Shown here: positions 58,493 to 64,000 of the stretch, piece after piece
Position numbering within the stretch: the first letter of the stretch is position 1
How the letters are laid out: every line of letters starts with the position of its first letter
Assembly: GCF_009914755.1 (NCBI RefSeq)
Contig: NC_060947.1
Reading direction: 5' to 3' (one strand)
Origin: the human T2T-CHM13v2.0 reference genome, Homo sapiens
DNA length: 64,000 nt
Made by a program: the position numbers and the translations under genes
Notes under the pieces: model-generated
What the model was told of the DNA's origin: nothing
Database searches by the model: none
The model's input: only the letters and a program-made list of their open reading frames with translations

Positions 58493-59124
58493 TAATAAGC
58501 ATCCAAGAAAAACAGAGCTGCTTCAGTTGAAGCAGTGGGAGGCTGAGTGATGGTGCCAGAGTTTTTTTTACTTGCCACCCCTCTCACCACATGTATAATT
58601 TTACCACCAGGATTAATATCTGTTGATTTTACCCACCCAACACTTATTTTTATTTGTTCTTTTTTCTTTTGTCATGGAACCTCTTTTTTTCCTATTGGAA
58701 GTCACTCCTACCCCACTTCATGTGATCTCAGTTGTCCCCACCCCTAGCAGGGGTGGCCTGGGCCAACTAGAACATTTTATGTCTCTAGACACAATGGTTG
58801 TTTCTGGGACTGGTATATAAACCAAGTTGGTTCAATAAAACTCCATAGGTACAGAAAGTGTTTTTATCTTCCTCCCTGACTCAAATTTCTCTCTTCCTTT
58901 CTAAGGTTATCTGCCCATCTATGCTTTTGAGCACATTTTCACTCACCTTTTCCATCAATCAACACTCTCCTTCAATGGCTTTTTTTTTCTGTTTCTGAAA
59001 ATGTGTTCAATCTTTCCTCATTTCCTAGAAATGAGTTTCTTAAGACTTTACTCAAGAATGGTAACTTTCAATGTGGTTCCTAGAGTCACAGGGATGTAGC
59101 AGGAGTCACCATAAGAACCCTATT

Positions 59125-59460
59125 ATTCAAAACTCAATAGGTTGCAAGTGACACCCTATTCAACCTAGCTTAAGTAAAAATCTAAAAATTGTAATTTTTA
59201 AGCCTATATCATTTAAAGACTAGGGATATATATACTTTTAGGAGGGGCAACATCCAACATCCAAGGGGCATAAACAGTATCATTGGATCATTGGGCCTCT
59301 CTCTCCTCTCTCGCTTTCTCCCCTTTCTCCTCCCTCCCCTCCCCCTTCTCTCCTCTACCCCTGCATTCATTTGTGCTGGCTTCTTTTTCAGGATATTCTT
59401 CTTCATGTGGCAGCCCCTGACAGATTCAAGCTAACACTATTACCATAACTAGCAATGCCA
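59125..59460. mobile_element. Old MLT1-type LTR fragment
   Basis: ggttgcaagtgacaccctattcaacctagcttaagtaaaaa...gctggcttctttttcagg...gtggcagcccctgacag. Confidence 0.5.
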
Positions 59461-59984
59461 ACAATCTATATAGAAAATGAGATTACTGAAGATACAGGGT
59501 AGAAAAGAAAAGATAATTCAATTTCCTACCATCTGTACCATTAACCAACCAAGAACATAAGCGAATAATAACCTTAAAAAGGAAGAGGGAACCCCTCTTC
59601 TACAACAGAAGAAAAGTAGAAGATGTCCTAAAACTTCATAAAAGCTTGTATCAGATGACCTCAAACTTCTATATGAAGTAAAGTATACAGTCACTTATTG
59701 AGATTAGGAGAAGCAAAGAGTGGAGGGTGGTTTGAGATAAGTGGAAGAATTTGTAATATCTCCAGTGAAAAATTTAATAGTAAATTGAGTAAATGTATTA
59801 ATAGACAACAGTGAGAATGTAGTTGAGTCAAAAGAGGATGAATCTACTATGGTGAATTCTATCAGCAGAAGTAAAGGATTCTCCAGTAGTATTTACCATC
59901 CAAGGAATAGACAGTACAGAAAATAGATGACGGGGTTAACATAGGGCCGGAGTTTGTTAGTAGAAGCTGAATAAATGCACTTCA

Positions 59985-60390
59985 TCTCACATCTTCTTCA
60001 ACTTAATAAATGACACCATCATTCACCTAGATGCTTAAACATTTGAAAGTCATCCTCGATTTTGTTCTTTCTATCATCCTACCACCCACATCACATCTAC
60101 CAGGAAATTCTAACAGCTTAATCTTCAAAATAAATAGTGAATTTTACCATTTATCACCTCCTCTACCAATAGCACTCTAGTCATAGCCACTATAACTTCA
60201 TAGCTCGATTATCACAAGACTCATTCCTCTTTTGCCCTTCTAAACTGAATTGCCCATTAAACATCCAAATTATTTTTTAAATACTTAAATATGATCATAT
60301 AACACTCATTGGCCCAAAACTCCAGTGGAATAAATGTCACCTTTGGAATAAAATCCAAATTCCTTATTATGGTCTACAAGAAACCATGTT
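59985..60390. mobile_element. L2 remnant
   Basis: aaatgacaccatcattcacctagatgct...gtcatcctcgatt...aataaaatccaaattccttattatggtctacaag. Confidence 0.7.
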
Positions 60391-61559
60391 GACCTGCTAA
60401 GGACTCTAGTAGCTTTTAATGATCTGAATGCCTAACATTTGTGCAAAAAAAGATCCAATAGGTAGTTATTTTAATATAGCTGAAGAATTAGTTTTATATT
60501 TTCATTTCTTTTTGGATATTTGGCAATATTTAAATGCAGCTTGACATCCTCAATTGAATTCATCAAATGAGGCTCCCTTACCCCTTTGCCTCAATCAAAT
60601 TAGCTGTTATTCCTCTACCACTCAAAAACACTGCCAGGGATTCCTAATTATTTTGGAGTTATAATTCCCTTTTAAATTTGATTTATAATACTTTTTTCCT
60701 TCCCTAAGAAAATGTACTATATGTTATAGATACTTTTTATAGTTAAAATATATTTGATCTAAGAATCTGGCCAATGTCTCTAAATATGTAGAGTTACTCT
60801 GGGATGTCAAACAAGGCTTGAATATCACTATTGTTAACTTAAGGGGCATTTATAGGCCAGGTTCAAAATGCTTTGGAAGTAAAATTAATTGATGATTTGG
60901 TAGTGTAAAGACACAGATTTTCCACTTCAATCTTGAGCCAACCTACTGCCTTTATTACTACCTAAATAACTGAAGAAAGCAGAAATCACACCTGTTTCCA
61001 ACTTAGCCACATAGTCATTCTATCCCAGACTATACTCATCCCCAAGAGTTTAATGTATGGAAAACTAGAACATAAATTCATACTATTTCCAAGGATTGTA
61101 GTAAAGAATAATATGCCACAGCACACATTAGACATTTATCTTTGTGAATCTGTCCATACTCAGACCTGCCTGATCATGCTATATAATTTTGGCTTTTGAA
61201 ATACCTAAATTTTTGCCACACCTTTATTATGTGTCAAAAGTAAGCTAATATTCAGTCAGATATTAAGGCCTTGTGAATTGTTAGGGCCACTGCTCATTTT
61301 GATTGTCCAGCTGTATATTCTGAATTGTTGATTCTCATGCAGTGTTATGCACAAATATTTTTACTAGCACCATTTCCTAAATGACCAACGTACTAGAGTA
61401 GACAAAGTGTAAACATTAATATGCTAAATAGACATATAAGTCATAATCCAATAAAAGGTCAGATTCAAATAGAAAGAATATACTTGATTTTTTATCCAAA
61501 TGATGATTTTTAAAGATTGTTTTATGATGTTCAAATGACTAAAAACAGTAGTAGTGGCA

Positions 61560-61850
61560 GCAGAAATAACTTACATTTATTGAGCACCAGTTATGTTTAT
61601 TTACCTTTGATAGTTTGGCAATTTAGCCATGAGCTAAATGTTCTATATGACTTATTTCATTGATTTAATCTTCACTGAGAATACTATAAGGTAGACTTTT
61701 TTTTCTGTCACATAGATGAGAAAACTGAGGCTGAGATAAGTTACAAAATATAATTTGCCCAATGGTTCCACAATATTGTAACAAATATTTAAACCAATAG
61801 ACCTTACTTTAAAAATCCATGCACTTAACTGGCATTCTATCCCATCACCT
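61560..61850 (-). mobile_element. MIR SINE
   Basis: acatttattgagcacc...atttaatcttcac...catagatgagaaaactgaggctgaga...atttgcccaatggt. Confidence 0.75.
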
Positions 61851-63129
61851 TCTATCACATTCTACTTCCATATTAAATATATTCTTTTAAATTAGCAAAA
61901 TAAATTCCAAATCAGAGTTACTATAAATTGTAAATAATAATCTCAATAGGTAATTATATGTCATAATTTATGGTTGTATAGCATCTGATATAAGTGCAAT
62001 TGGTTGATTTTATTTCATTAGTATGATTTAGTGTTATATCCCAAATGACTCAAGGAAATTTGCTCTAATAAATCTGAGTATAAGGGAAAATGGCATGCAA
62101 AACAATTAGAAATGCAATGCGAACTTTATTTAGTAAAAATCCAAATTATGAACAAGAGAAAAAGTTTTTGCTATTGAAGTTGTGTCAAAAAAACGATTAT
62201 AATGAGAATTGAAATATTTGCACCAAGCATCAATAATTTGGCAATGTGTTTATTATAAGGAATGGCACACATGTAAAAACTTAGCTCTACACTTTACAAA
62301 AAAACAATATTTCACATCAAGAAAGATTAGATTTAGGAAAATATTTTAATAATTTTAACAATAGCTACCACATACCTAGCAATTATATGTCAGAAACTGT
62401 GCTAAATGCTTCATGATGCTACATATTTTTTCATTTAATCCCCATGCTAATCCCATGAAGTTGGATTATTATCCCGAATTTAGAAATAATGATTATTAAC
62501 ATTTAATGGGAATATGATGTAATATAATTTAAGTTTAACTTAACTTTCCATCAACTGTAGATGTTTTAGCAAGTGCCTCATTGTCCTATGGCTTTAATCT
62601 GTAAGACCCTCTCCTGTACCACAGTGTGATCTAGCACCACAACAAAAAAGACTACAAATGCCTTCTTGTTGCTTATTAGCTCTATTTTGGACTACTCACT
62701 GATCCATGTTACACTGGATTACTTGCACTGCCCCATAATTGATCATCCCAACCTAATTGCCTTGTAATTCACTGGCCTCCATTTGCACTTCAGAAAAGAT
62801 GCATCAATAACTTCAACCCTTTGCGGCCGTGTTTGACTATGTTTTAAACTCTCGGGGGTCAATACTTTGTTGGATCCTGCATGGCTTTCAGACCATTGTA
62901 TCTTGTATCTCCAATCAGGCACTTGAAAGTGACACCTCAATTTGAAAGTCTTTTCTTATTTATAGCTAAAACTTGCCTTCCTACAACATTTGCCTTTGGA
63001 TTTTAGCCAGTTAAAAAATTGCTTTTAACAATAAAATGTAAATATTTGCAATTATGACCTTTACTCTGTTTCACATCCAAAGCAAAACAGTGCAAGAGAA
63101 ACATTAGCATTAAAATGTAGGATGACTAA

Positions 63130-64000
63130 CCAAGCACCAGGGCTCATTCCTGGCCCTCAGTGACTCCTGGGGAAGGGGTAAGTTGAACAGGCAAAGAGTG
63201 TCATGCTCTTGCCATGAACATCTGGAATCCTGGTAGCAGGAAACACCATGACCCCCAAGGACACTTGAGCTGGCAGGGATTGCTGCTTAAAGAGGTGGCA
63301 GGGGCAGGACTCCAGCCTGTGTGGAGCCCAGAGGGTTTGATGCTGCTATCACACCTATGAAGTGTTTTGGCCAGTGAGATTCATCAAAGTGTTGTGGCAA
63401 GCAGCCCAGGAACACCTTGGTCCCTCTAGTGCAGCAGGTTCCTAACCTTGAAGGGTCAGGGAAAAAAGCCAGGTGCCCCCTACCAGACCGCCAGTGTTAC
63501 AGCATGCAGCCTAGGAGTGCTGAGCTGATCCTTGGTCCCCTAAAATCTTCCCGAAATAAAGTCAGTCAGTTGAACCCACATTAAACCACAATCAAACCCC
63601 CAAGGGCATCAAAGAAGGTAAAAACAAACAAACAAAAAAACCCTCAGCAACTTCAAACATTAAAGGAACATCAGCCCATGCAGATGAAAAAGAACCAGTG
63701 CAAGAACTCTAGCAATTCAAAAAGTGAGACTGTCTTCTGACCTCCAACCAACCACACTATATTGCCAGCAATTGTTCTTAAACAGACTGAAATGACAGAA
63801 ATATAATTTCAAATATATATAGAAATGAAGATCATCAAGACTCAGGAGAAATTCAAAGCCCAATCCAAGGTATCTAAGGAATACAATAAACAGTACAGGA
63901 GCTGAAAGATGAAATAGCCATTTTAAGAAAGAACCAAACTAATCTTATAGAGCTGAAAAAACTTACTTCAAGCATTTCATAATGCAATTACAAATATTAA
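63130..64000 (+). mobile_element. L1PA16-like 5'UTR and ORF1 start, running off the window
   Basis: Homologous to the 31.2-33.1 kb L1 (tggaatcc...gagctggcaggga...gagcccagag; aaggaacatcagccc...agatgaaaaagaa). Confidence 0.85.

Overview
This is primate, most likely human, euchromatic intergenic or intronic DNA. It is AT-rich, CpG-depleted and dominated by interspersed repeats. I recognise no intact protein-coding gene, RNA gene or CRISPR-like array. The long ORFs in the track are retroelement remnants (L1, HERV-H, HERV-L) or artefacts of simple repeats. Main content: (1) 12.6-24.3 kb, a nested stack in which an old L1 5' half hosts an AluS, a complete THE1D/MSTA provirus containing an LTR12C, and a ~3.35 kb LYRM2 processed pseudogene. 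The tail of that pseudogene is a second retrocopy (3' end of TCERG1) carrying an extra 90-nt stop-containing exon-like insert. (2) A near full-length L1PA15/16-like element with target-site duplications (TSDs) at 31.1-37.7 kb. (3) An antisense L1PA7/8 interrupted by an internally deleted HERV-H and fused without a TSD to the 3' end of a HERV-L, whose MLT2A LTR carries a ~2.45 kb structured TTCC(AT)n expansion. (4) A twin-primed, 5'-inverted L1 at 56.2-57.7 kb. I do not see a new biological system in the strict sense; the most unusual object is the LYRM2-TCERG1 compound retrocopy lying downstream of a co-oriented LTR12C promoter. Subfamily names and protein matches come from recalled consensus sequences, and coordinates were counted by hand, so both need RepeatMasker/BLAT confirmation.
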